From NCBI GenBank assembly GCA_041946925.1, contig JBHGBI010000007.1:2900-66899 (forward strand): 64,000 nucleotides of DNA. Direction: 5' to 3'. Shown in pieces: positions 48,321 through 58,178 of this stretch. Numbering within the stretch: the stretch's first letter is position 1; each line of letters begins with the position of its first letter. Origin of the DNA: Syntrophales bacterium. GTDB lineage: Bacteria > Desulfobacterota > Syntrophia > Syntrophales > UBA4778. Both the position numbers and the translations under genes were made by a program. The notes under the pieces are model-generated. The model was not told where the DNA came from, ran no database searches, and saw only the letters and a program-made list of their open reading frames with translations.

Positions 48321-49151
48321 TTAAGGTGCTTTGTAGTACTTCATCGCCTCGGGGATCTCGGCTTTTATATTTTCGATCCGTGAGGCCGGCGCGGGATGGG
48401 TGGACAGGATTTCAAGTGTTCTCGCTCCCGATGCCTGATTCATACGTTGCCAGAGGGAGACAGCCGCTCTGGGATCATATCCGGCCATAGCCGTCAGGAT
48501 AAGTCCTATGTGATCCGCCTCTGATTCCTGAATGCGGCTGTAAGGCAAAAGAAATCCGACATTAGAACCTATACCGTAAAGCGACAGGAAAATCTGCTGA
48601 GTCGCTTCAGGTTGTTGCCCCAGGGCCAGTGAAAGGCCCATGCCTCCCATCCGGACCAGCAGCGCCTGGCTCATGCGCTCGTTGGCGTGCCTGGCTATTG
48701 CATGGGCGACTTCATGCCCGATCACCACGGCAAGACCGTCTTCATTCTGAGTTATCGGAAGAATGCCGGAGTAGACAGCTATTTTTCCTCCCGGCATGCA
48801 CCAAGCATTAACAGTTTTGTTATCATCTATCAGATTAAATTCCCAGCGGTAATCCTTGATTTCGGCTCCCCGTCCGGTCCGCGTCATGAAATTCCCCGAT
48901 GCCGTGGCTATCCTTTCACCGACTCTCTTTACTATTTGAATTCTGGCGGGATCCGTGGAGAGTTTTGAATGTTTGATGATATCGGCATATTGTTGATAAC
49001 TCAGGGCGTTCAGTTCCTGATCGGAAACCAGGCTCAGACTCTTTCTTTCCGTCAGCGGCACAGTGGCGCAGGAGATAAGTACAATTACTAAGATGGAAAG
49101 GATCAAAATACATACTGATCTTCCTATCGATTCAAAGTGGAATTTTTCCAT
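48321..49151 (-). CDS. M48-family zinc metallopeptidase (lipoprotein, YcaL/LoiP-like)
   Basis: 276 aa. A signal/lipobox-like N-terminus (ILVIVLISC) is followed by the HExxH motif (GHEVAHAIARH) and a downstream ESEADHIG. Confidence 0.85.
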   Translation of the reverse strand: MEKFHFESIGRSVCILILSILVIVLISCATVPLTERKSLSLVSDQELNALSYQQYADIIKHSKLSTDPARIQIVKRVGERIATASGNFMTRTGRGAEIKDYRWEFNLIDDNKTVNAWCMPGGKIAVYSGILPITQNEDGLAVVIGHEVAHAIARHANERMSQALLVRMGGMGLSLALGQQPEATQQIFLSLYGIGSNVGFLLPYSRIQESEADHIGLILTAMAGYDPRAAVSLWQRMNQASGARTLEILSTHPAPASRIENIKAEIPEAMKYYKAP

Positions 49152-49246
49152 GAGATGCTCTCTCGCGGAGATGGTAAATATTATAGTCCCATTTTGAAGC
49201 TTTTACAAACAAATCGCGAACCTTGTTCGCCGACGCCTCAAAGCTG

Positions 49247-52200
49247 CTATTTATTTTCAAGGTGCTTTCTCAGGTAACGCGCCGTGTGGGAATGCTTTGT
49301 CTGGCACAGAATATTCTCCGGTGTGCCCTGTGCGACAACATGTCCCCCGAGTTTTCCCCCTTCCGGGCCGAGATCGATGATGTAATCCGCTTCTTTGATC
49401 ACGGCCAGATTGTGCTCGATCACGACAATAGTCGTGCCCCGGTCCACAAGCCTGTGAAGAATCGTCAGGAGCTTCTCTATGTCGGCCATATGAAGACCTG
49501 TCGTAGGTTCGTCCAGAACATAAAAAGTTTTTTCCGCCGAAGCGCAGGAGAGCTCACGGGCAAGCTTGATGCGCTGTGCCTCTCCTCCGGACAAGGAGGG
49601 GCTTGACTGCCCGAGAGAGAGGTAATCGAGTCCGATATCGACGAGCAACTGGATACCTTCTCTGATCTTTGGGATCGCGCAAAAAAATTCCAGACTTTCA
49701 CCGAACGTCATCCCGAGGACTTCATCGATGGATTTTCCGTGATAGCGGATATCCAGGGTCTCTTCATTGTACCTGCGCCCGCCGCATTGATCGCAGGTAA
49801 TATAGACATCGGGCAGAAACTCCATTTCGACCCTGATTTTGCCCTGGCCTGCGCAGGCCTCACATCTGCCCCCTTCTACATTGAATGAGAAGCGCGACGG
49901 GGTATAGCCTCTGGTCCTTGCCTCGGGCACCTGGGCGAATATGCGCCTGATTTCATCGAATAGCCCGGTATACGTAGCGGGGGTTGAGCGGGGCGTTCGT
50001 CCTATGGGCGAATGATCTATTTCTATTGCCCTTGAAAGATGCTGCCATCCGCTTATGGATTGGAAACCGCCTGCATTGCCGGCTGTCCCTGACAGGCGTG
50101 CTTTGATTGCCCGGTAAATGACCTCTTTAACAAGAGTCGATTTGCCCGACCCGCTGACGCCTGTCACACAGGTGAGAGTCCCGAGGGGTATCCTGACGTC
50201 GATATTTTTCAAGTTGAATTTTTTTGCGCCCGTAACTTCAATCCATTCTCCATTCATAGCCGGACGCACGCGACGAGCAACTCCGCTTTCACGGCCGCCG
50301 TTGAGAAATATACCTGTAACAGAGTCCGGACACGCCCTGATCTGCTCCAGGCTTCCTTGCGCGACCACTCTGCCGCCGTTAGGCCCGGCACCCGGACCCA
50401 GGTCAACGATATAATCCGCCGACCGTATTGTCTCCTCATCGTGTTCAACGACCAGTATCGAATTCCCTTTATTCTGTAATTCCCGCAGGGTCGACAGGAG
50501 TCTTTGGTTATCCCTGGGGTGAAGACCGATGGTCGGCTCATCCAGGACATAACAAATGCCCCTCATGTTGGATCCAAGCTGAGCGGCAAGTCTTATCCTC
50601 TGGGCTTCTCCACCTGAAAGGGTATCGCCGGAGCGGTCCAGCGCTATATAACCCAGACCCACCTGTTTCAGGAAACGGAGGCGTGGAAGGAGTTCACTCA
50701 TGACGGCGCCGGCGACCGCTCTCTCCCTGCCGGTAAATTTCATGGAAGAGAGCAGGCGTTCAGCCTCTGTTACTGAGCATGAAACTAGTTCGCCTATCCC
50801 CCATTCTCTGACCTTGACGGCAAGAGCTTCCTCTCTGAGGCGTTTCCCATTACAGGCTGGACAGACTGCGTCTCCCATAAAATCCCGCAGCCCCTCTCTG
50901 AGAGTATCGGGAAGTCCCCTCATCATCGGAATGATCCCGCGGAACCCCGCGGCGCCGAAAAGCAGTTTCCGCATGCCCTCTTTTCCCAGAAAAGAGAGCG
51001 GCATGTCCGGGGTGATCCCGAATTCGCGGCATATCTCGCCGATAACTCCGGATTTAAATTTATTAAGAGCACTGTATGCAAACGGTGCCAAAGCCCCCTC
51101 CGACAAACTTTTCCCCGGTTCTGGAATTATGAGCTCGGGAATGAAATCGACCAGACTGCCCATCCCCTGGCATTGAGGACAGGCGCCCTGCCGGCTATTG
51201 AAAGAAAAAAGCCGGGGATCGAGTTCTTCGAAACTCCGTCGGCATCTGGGACAATAAGACCTCTCGCTGTAGGTTTTACGTTTACCAGCTTCATCCATAA
51301 CCCTGATAGTTCCCTTGCCGATCTGAAAGGCCTTCTCGACCGATCCCGCCAGTTCCTCCCGGGATTGTTTTCCGATCCGCATTTCTCTCACGACGATATC
51401 CATGTCGTGTTCCCGGAAGCGCTCCAGCTCAGGGATGGGATCGAGTGTCACATAGCGCCCGTCAATGACGGCGTGGGAAAATCCGAGTCGTTTCATTTTT
51501 CTCATAAGATCCTTGTGATACCCTTTCCTTCCGAAGACCACGGGGGCCAGCACGAGGAGCTTTCCGTTTTTAAAGCTTTCCATGATTTCTTCCACGATGA
51601 TCTCCGGCGAGAAAGACTCGATCGACTCCTGACATCCGGGACAATGCTGAACGCCTATTTTGCTGTAGAGCAGCCTGAGATAATGGTATACCTCTGTCAG
51701 TGTGGCCACGGTGGATCGCTTCCCGGACAGGCTTGTCCTCTGCTCGATGGCTACTGTGGGGGGGATGCCCGAGATGTCGTCGATATCCGGACGCTCCATG
51801 ATCTTCAGGTACTGCCTGATATATGTCGGCAGGCACTCCAGATATCGCCTCTGTCCCTCGGCAAAGAGGATATCAAAGGCAAGAGTCGATTTTCCTGAGC
51901 CGCTTACCCCGGTGATGGCCACCATCTTTCCTCTGGGTATGGAAAGCGAAATATCCTTCAGATTGTGCTCCCTGGCGCCTGTGACGGTTATCTTGTTGTC
52001 CGCGGCCCTGCGGCCGTGTGCAGCATCCTGGAGCCTGGTTTTTGCGATTTGCTCCGTTCCTTTCAGATGATGCCTGAGCCACTGCCCGGTCCAGGATGAT
52101 TCTTCCCCGGCGATTTCTTCCGGAGTCCCTGCGGCAACTACACGTCCGCCCTCCTCGCCTCCTTCCGGCCCGAGGTCAATGACGTAATCCGCGCACTTGA

Positions 52201-54778
52201 TCATCTCGGGGTTGTGCTCGATGAAGACGATACTGTTTCCTTCGCAAACGAGTTTCTGGAAGGCCTTAATCAGGATGGAAATGTCATGCGCATGGAGTCC
52301 GACAGTGGGCTCGTCAAAAATCAAAAGGGCTCGTCCTATCTTCCTGAGGCTGATGTGGCGCGCGAGTTTGAGTCTCTGAGCTTCTCCGCCCGACAGCGTA
52401 TTGACGGGCTGTCCCAGCCTCAGATAACCGAGTCCGACTGAAACGAGGACCTGCAGGGGAGAGACGATTCCGGGACAGTCCGCGAAAAAAGACACGGCCT
52501 CCTCCACTGTCATCGCAAGGACTTCTGCAATGTTTTTTCCCCTGCATCGGACTTCGAGGATTTCATCCGTGAATCTCTTGCCGCCGCAGACTGGACAGAG
52601 GACGAATACATCGGACAGGAACTGCATCTCGATCTTTTCGAATCCTTCGCCCTGGCATGCCTCGCACCGGCCTCCCCGGGTGTTGAAAGAAAAAAAGGAT
52701 GCCTTGTAGCCCTTTTGTTCCGCAAGGGGCTGCGATGCAAAAAGAGCACGGATCGGATCGTAAGCTTTCAAGTATGTGACCGGCGTCGCCCTCGGGGTCT
52801 TTCCGACCGGCTTCTGATCCACGAGGATCGCTTCGTCGATGTTTTCCACTCCCTGAATTTCCAAGAAACTGCCGGGTTTTTCTTCCGTTTCTCCCTTGAG
52901 TCTTTTCAATCCCCTGTACAGGATATCGATGCCGAGTGTACTCTTGCCCGATCCGGATACCCCGGTGACTGCGACCAGACATCCCAGAGGGATATCTACA
53001 TCGATCTTTTTCAGATTGTGCTCGCCCGCTCCCCGGATGGAAATGAAATTCACCGGCCTCCTTCTCTGTTGCGGTACAGGAATGCTGCGCGTGCCGCTCA
53101 GATATTGACCCGTCAGCGATGACGGATGTTTCAGGATTTGATCCAGTGTGCCGCTGCAGATGATCTCCCCTCCTTTTTCTCCCGCAGCCGGCCCCATATC
53201 GATGATATGGTCCGCACCCTTGAGTATCTCCGGATCATGCTCAACGACCACGACCGTATTTCCCTGATCACGAAGATCGAGGAGAGTTCCAAGCAGACGG
53301 CCACTGTCGCGGGGGTGCAATCCTATTGTAGGTTCATCGAGAATGTAGAGCGTATCGACGAGAGATGACCCTAGCGCTTTGGTGAGACTTACCCGCTCGA
53401 TCTCCCCTCCAGAAAGAGTTCTGGATTGGCGGTCGAGAGTCAAATATCCCAATCCCACATCAAGCAGATACCGCAATCTTCTTCTGATTTCGTCGATGAG
53501 AATCCCCGCCGCCTCGTCAAGAGAATTGTGGGAAAGCCGCTCAAAAAACTTCGATGTATCGGCGATACTGAGACGATAGACGTCGGCGATATTTTTTCCG
53601 AGAATACGCCACAGCAGGACTTCGTTTTTGAAACGGCTTCCCGAACATTCGGGGCAGATTACATAGCCTCGGTACCTTGATAGGAACACCCGCACGTGGA
53701 GCTTGTATCTCCTGCTTTCAAGCCATCGGAAGAAACCGCGGATTCCATAAAAATTGTCGTCTCCATCTATGATCAGATTTTGATGTTTTTCATCGAGATC
53801 TTTGAAAGGAACGTGAACCGGAATACCCTTCCTGCGGCAGAAGGTGATGAGGTCTTCCATTTCCAGCCTGGCCGCTCCCGACCATGGCCTTATTGCCCCG
53901 TCGCGGATGGATTTGTTTTTATCCGGGATTACGAGATCAAAGTCGATATCGATCGTCCGCCCGAAGCCCCGGCACATTTCACATGCACCCGCCGGTGAAT
54001 TGAACGAGAAGAAGTTGGCAGAAGGCGCTCTGTAAGTGATCCCGCAGTAAGGGCATTCAAGATTCGAGCTGAAACGAAGGGTTTCTCCGGTGGGAAGGTG
54101 TACATCGACCTTCCCTTTCCCCCTCTTCATGGCCAGTTCAATCGAATCAATGACCCGTTTGCGTTCCGCCCTTTTGAAATGAAACCTGTCGGCAACGACA
54201 TCCCACCTCCCTTCATCCGCTTCCTCAACGGGAATGAGCCGCCCTTCTTTCCATATCCGATAAAATCCGGATCGCTGAAGAGATTCGCGTCTTTCTTCCG
54301 GCATTCCGGTGCATTCCACAGGGAAAGTCAAAACGAGGGGGGTCTTTTCTTCAAGGGCCAGAAGCTTCCCGAACACGTCCTGGGCGGTGTCCTTTCGGAC
54401 CGTCCTGCCGCAGTTGCCGCACTCGAGCACGGCTACGCGGGCATAGAGAAGCTTCATGTAATCGTTGATCTCGGTAATCGTCCCGACGGTGGACCTGGAA
54501 GTCTTGACTGCGTCTCCCTGGGCTATCGCCAATGCAGGGGGGATCCCTTTTATCCGCCCGACGTTGGGTCTGTCCATGCGCTCCATGAACTGGCGGGCAT
54601 AGGGAGAGAACGTCTCCACATAACGTCTCTGCCCCTCGGCATAAAGAACATCGAATGCGAGGGATGATTTTCCGGCACCGCTCACGCCTGTAATTGTGAC
54701 AAGCTTATTCAAGGGAATCTCGATATCGAAACCCTTGAGATTGTTCTGTCTGACATTCTTGAGAACAATGGAAGTCAT
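49247..54778 (-). CDS. Tandem-duplicated UvrA-family ABC ATPase (two complete UvrA units in one 1843-aa polypeptide)
   Basis: There are four Walker A sites (GVSGAGKSS, GVSGSGKST x3) and four LSGGE signatures. Two UvrA-type N-termini are present: NNLKGFDIEIPLNKLVTITGVSGAGKSSLAFDVLYAEGQRRYVE at residue ~10, and HNLKDISLSIPRGKMVAITGVSGSGKSTLAFDILFAEGQRRYLE at residue ~920. Each unit carries the CxxC zinc modules. Confidence 0.9.
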   Translation of the reverse strand: MTSIVLKNVRQNNLKGFDIEIPLNKLVTITGVSGAGKSSLAFDVLYAEGQRRYVETFSPYARQFMERMDRPNVGRIKGIPPALAIAQGDAVKTSRSTVGTITEINDYMKLLYARVAVLECGNCGRTVRKDTAQDVFGKLLALEEKTPLVLTFPVECTGMPEERRESLQRSGFYRIWKEGRLIPVEEADEGRWDVVADRFHFKRAERKRVIDSIELAMKRGKGKVDVHLPTGETLRFSSNLECPYCGITYRAPSANFFSFNSPAGACEMCRGFGRTIDIDFDLVIPDKNKSIRDGAIRPWSGAARLEMEDLITFCRRKGIPVHVPFKDLDEKHQNLIIDGDDNFYGIRGFFRWLESRRYKLHVRVFLSRYRGYVICPECSGSRFKNEVLLWRILGKNIADVYRLSIADTSKFFERLSHNSLDEAAGILIDEIRRRLRYLLDVGLGYLTLDRQSRTLSGGEIERVSLTKALGSSLVDTLYILDEPTIGLHPRDSGRLLGTLLDLRDQGNTVVVVEHDPEILKGADHIIDMGPAAGEKGGEIICSGTLDQILKHPSSLTGQYLSGTRSIPVPQQRRRPVNFISIRGAGEHNLKKIDVDIPLGCLVAVTGVSGSGKSTLGIDILYRGLKRLKGETEEKPGSFLEIQGVENIDEAILVDQKPVGKTPRATPVTYLKAYDPIRALFASQPLAEQKGYKASFFSFNTRGGRCEACQGEGFEKIEMQFLSDVFVLCPVCGGKRFTDEILEVRCRGKNIAEVLAMTVEEAVSFFADCPGIVSPLQVLVSVGLGYLRLGQPVNTLSGGEAQRLKLARHISLRKIGRALLIFDEPTVGLHAHDISILIKAFQKLVCEGNSIVFIEHNPEMIKCADYVIDLGPEGGEEGGRVVAAGTPEEIAGEESSWTGQWLRHHLKGTEQIAKTRLQDAAHGRRAADNKITVTGAREHNLKDISLSIPRGKMVAITGVSGSGKSTLAFDILFAEGQRRYLECLPTYIRQYLKIMERPDIDDISGIPPTVAIEQRTSLSGKRSTVATLTEVYHYLRLLYSKIGVQHCPGCQESIESFSPEIIVEEIMESFKNGKLLVLAPVVFGRKGYHKDLMRKMKRLGFSHAVIDGRYVTLDPIPELERFREHDMDIVVREMRIGKQSREELAGSVEKAFQIGKGTIRVMDEAGKRKTYSERSYCPRCRRSFEELDPRLFSFNSRQGACPQCQGMGSLVDFIPELIIPEPGKSLSEGALAPFAYSALNKFKSGVIGEICREFGITPDMPLSFLGKEGMRKLLFGAAGFRGIIPMMRGLPDTLREGLRDFMGDAVCPACNGKRLREEALAVKVREWGIGELVSCSVTEAERLLSSMKFTGRERAVAGAVMSELLPRLRFLKQVGLGYIALDRSGDTLSGGEAQRIRLAAQLGSNMRGICYVLDEPTIGLHPRDNQRLLSTLRELQNKGNSILVVEHDEETIRSADYIVDLGPGAGPNGGRVVAQGSLEQIRACPDSVTGIFLNGGRESGVARRVRPAMNGEWIEVTGAKKFNLKNIDVRIPLGTLTCVTGVSGSGKSTLVKEVIYRAIKARLSGTAGNAGGFQSISGWQHLSRAIEIDHSPIGRTPRSTPATYTGLFDEIRRIFAQVPEARTRGYTPSRFSFNVEGGRCEACAGQGKIRVEMEFLPDVYITCDQCGGRRYNEETLDIRYHGKSIDEVLGMTFGESLEFFCAIPKIREGIQLLVDIGLDYLSLGQSSPSLSGGEAQRIKLARELSCASAEKTFYVLDEPTTGLHMADIEKLLTILHRLVDRGTTIVVIEHNLAVIKEADYIIDLGPEGGKLGGHVVAQGTPENILCQTKHSHTARYLRKHLENK

Positions 54779-55047
54779 AAAATGATTTTAAACTCTGTCT
54801 CTCTTGACTTCAATACAATACCATTATGGTCCGACTGACGGCGTCCTCATTTCGCATTCGCCATTTCTTGATTTCGTACGGAGGGTGGATAATAAAAGAG
54901 ATGCCCGAAAGAAAGTCCGGACATGAGTAAGTGCTGGAAAAGACAGGAAAGAGAAATTCAGGATAGGTATATCACGCCAGGTGCCGCCAGGGATAGCACA
55001 AGACAACGGGGCGCCTCTTTCAGGCGTCCCGTTGTGCCTTGTAGATA

Positions 55048-56298
55048 TTATATTCGCTCAATTGCACAGGCCATCGCCACACCGCCTCCGCCGCACAGGG
55101 TGGCGAGCCCGAGGGTCTTGTCCTTCTCCTTCATCGTGTGGAGCAGGGTGACCATGATGCGGCATCCCGTCGATCCCACCGGATGGCCGAGCCCGATCCC
55201 CGAACCCTTGATGTTCGTAATCTCCCGGTTCAGACCCAGCTCCCTCTCCACTCCAATATACTGCGCGGCGAAGGCCTCGTTCACTTCGATCAGCTCGAAA
55301 TCCTTGAGTTTGAGGCCGGACTTCGCCAGGAGATCACGCACTGCCGGGGTGGGACTCAAACCCATAACCGAGGGATGGCATCCCCCGTAGCCCACCGCCT
55401 TGATCCGGGCGAGCGGCTTCACCCCCAGCGCCTTCGCCTTATCGGCCGACATGATCAGCATCGCGCTCGACCCGTCATTGATCCCCGAGGAGTTCCCCGC
55501 CGTCACTTTCCCGATCTTTGGAATAAATGCCGGCGGAAGCGCTGCAAGTCTGTCCATTGTGAGCCCCTCCATGAAATGCTCGTCCTTGTTGAACACCACC
55601 GGGGGCTTGCCCTTCTTCTGCGGAACCTCCACGGCAACTATCTCTTCCCTGAAACCGCCTTCCTTTGTCGCCTTCTCCGCCAGATTGTGGCTCCTCAGGG
55701 CCACTTCGTCCATCTCGGCCCGGCTGATCCCGTGCATCTGCGCGATAAACTCCGCCGTCTGACCCATAATGTAGGGCTTGCCCTTGAAAAGCTCCAGAGG
55801 CATCCCATCCTTCACCGGGCCCTTCTCCGGACCAGGAAGAAGATGAGAGCCGCAGTGAAGCGCCCGGATGATGTTGTCCACAAACTCCTGGTCCTGAAGA
55901 CGGCAGCCCCACCGGGCCGCGGGAACCGAATAAGGAACTCGGGACATGTTCTCCACACCGCCTGCAAGTACCACATCCACCAGACCTGCTTTGATCATCG
56001 CCATGCCCGATACCACCGCCTCCATTCCCGATATGCAGACCCGGTTGATCGTCACCGCCGTCGATGTCTCCGGAATCCCCGCCATCAACGCCCCGATCCG
56101 CGTCACGTTGAGCGAGTCCACCGGGTCCATGCAGCAGCCGTACCGCACATCATTGACCTCGCCGGGCTCCACTCCGGCCCGCCTGAGCGCCTCCTTCATC
56201 GTGACACTCGCGAGAACCGCCGCGTGTACGTCCTTGAGACTGCCGCCGAATGAGCCGATCGCCGTGCGGCATGCCGATACAATGACTACGTCCTTCAT
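55048..56298 (-). CDS. Acetyl-CoA C-acetyltransferase (thiolase II family)
   Basis: 416 aa. MKDVVIVSACRTAIGSFGGSL opens the protein. The active-site region is VNRVCISGMEAV, followed by NEAFAAQ, GHPVGSTG and the C-terminal CGGGGVAMA. Confidence 0.93.
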   Translation of the reverse strand: MKDVVIVSACRTAIGSFGGSLKDVHAAVLASVTMKEALRRAGVEPGEVNDVRYGCCMDPVDSLNVTRIGALMAGIPETSTAVTINRVCISGMEAVVSGMAMIKAGLVDVVLAGGVENMSRVPYSVPAARWGCRLQDQEFVDNIIRALHCGSHLLPGPEKGPVKDGMPLELFKGKPYIMGQTAEFIAQMHGISRAEMDEVALRSHNLAEKATKEGGFREEIVAVEVPQKKGKPPVVFNKDEHFMEGLTMDRLAALPPAFIPKIGKVTAGNSSGINDGSSAMLIMSADKAKALGVKPLARIKAVGYGGCHPSVMGLSPTPAVRDLLAKSGLKLKDFELIEVNEAFAAQYIGVERELGLNREITNIKGSGIGLGHPVGSTGCRIMVTLLHTMKEKDKTLGLATLCGGGGVAMACAIERI

Positions 56299-56638
56299 AA
56301 TAATACACTCTCCTGTGGTTTATTTCCGATTTTCCGAGTAGCTCCGATTAACGGATAAAAAAACCCGTTTTGCGGGCTGATTCAAAATGCAGGCTAACGG
56401 CACAGGGCTGAAGGGAGAAAAGTATAAAAAACAGCTCCCCTGCTGTCCGAAGCCGCTTTTGAGAACAAAACCGAAAGCGCAAGGCAAAGGGCCAAAGGAA
56501 TTGCTCAAATAGTAATTTTTCCTGAAGCCTGTCTTCAAGACGGCCAGCGCCAAGCATTTCCTTATAAATGAAATGTCTCCGAAAGTAAAGGAAGAACTCC
56601 GCTTTTTTTCAAACCGGTTGCAGCGAGTTTCTTCGCGG

Positions 56639-57721
56639 TCATGTTTTTGATATCCGCCTGTATAGAAGGCAATTGATATGAAAGAAGGCAGTTAATGCTC
56701 CCCCCTGTCTGATGATTTTTCTTGCAAGTTCTTTTACCCGTTTTTGTCTGGTTACTTTCCGGTCCGCCAGATAGACAGCAGGCAGACCATGGCAGATCAT
56801 TTTGTGGAACCCGGCATGCGGCAGCTTTGACACACCCTGGCTTGCCATTCTGAAGAAGAGCAGGAGACGCTCGATCATGCGATCGTCGTTTTCATAATAT
56901 GAACAGAAATTCAGATCTCCGCCTATCAGATCCTCCTCCTGATCTACAAAGTAATCCATCAGTATGTGCAATCCCTGGACCCAGGGGAAATAGGCATTCC
57001 TGATTTGGTTCACAAGGGTGCCGGAGCAATAGTCATTCTGGGCGGAGCTGACGAGACAGAATATCCCCAGTGTTGAACCCGCGCATGCCGAAAATTCATA
57101 CCAGCTCATGGGCGGCAGCACGGGGCGGTATACTTCAAACCAAGCTTTCAAATACGGGACTCTATCCTCCACGCGGACGTGTTTGAACACCTGCAGATCA
57201 CAATAATACGTGGCAAGCTCATACAAAGAAGGGGAAATCTTTTCATATGCGGGGGTTTTTTCCAGTATACTCTGGCATGTCCTCACAAGATCGGCAAGGT
57301 ATCCTCCGTCAGATTGTTCTTCTCTGTATCGATAGTAATTGGTACAGGGGGCGCACGGCGTAAGCGCATGGAACATTGCTTCGTGAAGAGTCCGGAAATC
57401 CAGAGGATCCACAGAGGTGCTCCGATCGCACAGATTGTCGAGGTAATCGCTGATGGTCTGATAAGCAACGATGAATTTAACCGCATCATTCCTTTTCTCG
57501 CCGGCCAGCAATCCATAAAGGGCCCCTCCTTCGCAATGGAACGCCTTGGTATGGATGCTCATCAGCGCCTGTTTGCGCAGTTCCGGATCAGGAATTTGCT
57601 TCGCCTTCTCTATCCATCCGTTTAAAAAAAAGTGGGCGTCGGGAAGAACCTCCCGGATCGTCCTCACCGTCATGGTCCAGAAGCCTGTCGGAACTGCCAA
57701 TGTTTTAAACACTCCTTGCAT
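56639..57721 (-). CDS. DUF2600 / tetraprenyl-beta-curcumene synthase (YtpB)-like protein
   Basis: 360 aa. IPDPELRKQALMSIHTKAFHCEGGALYGLLAG...FIVAYQTISDYLDNLCDRS matches my recollection of the YtpB/DUF2600 family signature. An alternative start is at M17 (57673). Confidence 0.55.
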   Translation of the reverse strand: MQGVFKTLAVPTGFWTMTVRTIREVLPDAHFFLNGWIEKAKQIPDPELRKQALMSIHTKAFHCEGGALYGLLAGEKRNDAVKFIVAYQTISDYLDNLCDRSTSVDPLDFRTLHEAMFHALTPCAPCTNYYRYREEQSDGGYLADLVRTCQSILEKTPAYEKISPSLYELATYYCDLQVFKHVRVEDRVPYLKAWFEVYRPVLPPMSWYEFSACAGSTLGIFCLVSSAQNDYCSGTLVNQIRNAYFPWVQGLHILMDYFVDQEEDLIGGDLNFCSYYENDDRMIERLLLFFRMASQGVSKLPHAGFHKMICHGLPAVYLADRKVTRQKRVKELARKIIRQGGALTAFFHINCLLYRRISKT

Positions 57722-57789
57722 AAGGGAATTTAGGGCAATTTAATCGGAACACGCCAAATTTGCAAATAACTTTTGGCGGTGCTGCATCC

Positions 57790-57825
57790 AAAAAACGAAA
57801 GCCCGCCCCTGACAGAGGGCAGGCC
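57790..57825 (-). terminator. Rho-independent terminator (minus strand)
   Basis: The minus-strand RNA reads GCCUGCCCU-CUGUC-AGGGGCGGGC (a 9-bp stem with one bulged G) followed by UUUCGUUUUUU. It lies 174 nt downstream of the stop of the 59-aa ORF. Confidence 0.5.
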
Positions 57826-57998
57826 TGTTATGCAACCAGTTCCGGAATTCAGAACCTGAGGACAAAGCCCGAGCGTGTGTAATCACAAAATCCTATTTTC
57901 CCGAATCTCTCCTGGCCACGAGACCGGACAGGGCGAAAATTCCGGCGAAAACATAATCGCAGGCAAAGAAATCAACAAACGGAATGGAGCGGATGTAT

Positions 57999-58178
57999 CT
58001 ACTTTCTATCCTTAAAAAATTTCAGAAGGAACGCAGCATCCTTAGGTGAAAGATCGAAATTGAAGACAGCTTTTTCGACTAGTTGTTGAACCGGTTGTTT
58101 TGGATTCTCTTCCAGATGGGATGAAATCCATTTGATAGCTTTCCTGATGTCTTCCCCTTCCGGCATCATGTTCGACAT
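57999..58178 (-). CDS. Small hypothetical protein (59 aa)
   Basis: ATG 58178 is preceded by AAGGAGGTG at a 6-nt spacing. Translation: MSNMMPEGEDIRKAIKWISSHLEENPKQPVQQLVEKAVFNFDLSPKDAAFLLKFFKDRK. The protein looks helical, with no family recognised. The longer track ORF (to 58295) lacks an SD. Confidence 0.5.
   Translation of the reverse strand: MSNMMPEGEDIRKAIKWISSHLEENPKQPVQQLVEKAVFNFDLSPKDAAFLLKFFKDRK

Noticed and set aside
54905-54925. A GAAAGTCCGG motif reminiscent of the RNase P RNA conserved core.
   Set aside because: The intergenic space (269 bp) is too short. None of the other universally conserved RNase P segments or pairings is visible around it.
54997-55041. A GC-rich hairpin (ACAACGGGGCGCC...GGCGTCCCGTTGT) just after the thiolase stop.
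   Set aside because: It is probably a transcript-end structure. On the minus strand it is not followed by a U-run, so I did not call it as an intrinsic terminator.
55138-56253. A 371-aa plus-strand ORF rich in Arg, His and Pro.
   Set aside because: It is antisense to the thiolase gene, with biased composition and no motifs.
57740-57775. A TGGCGT...hairpin (CGCCAAA...TTTGGCG) upstream of the DUF2600 gene, considered as a sigma-54 promoter.
   Set aside because: The -12 TTGC element is not at the required spacing from the TGGC. It is only a short palindrome.
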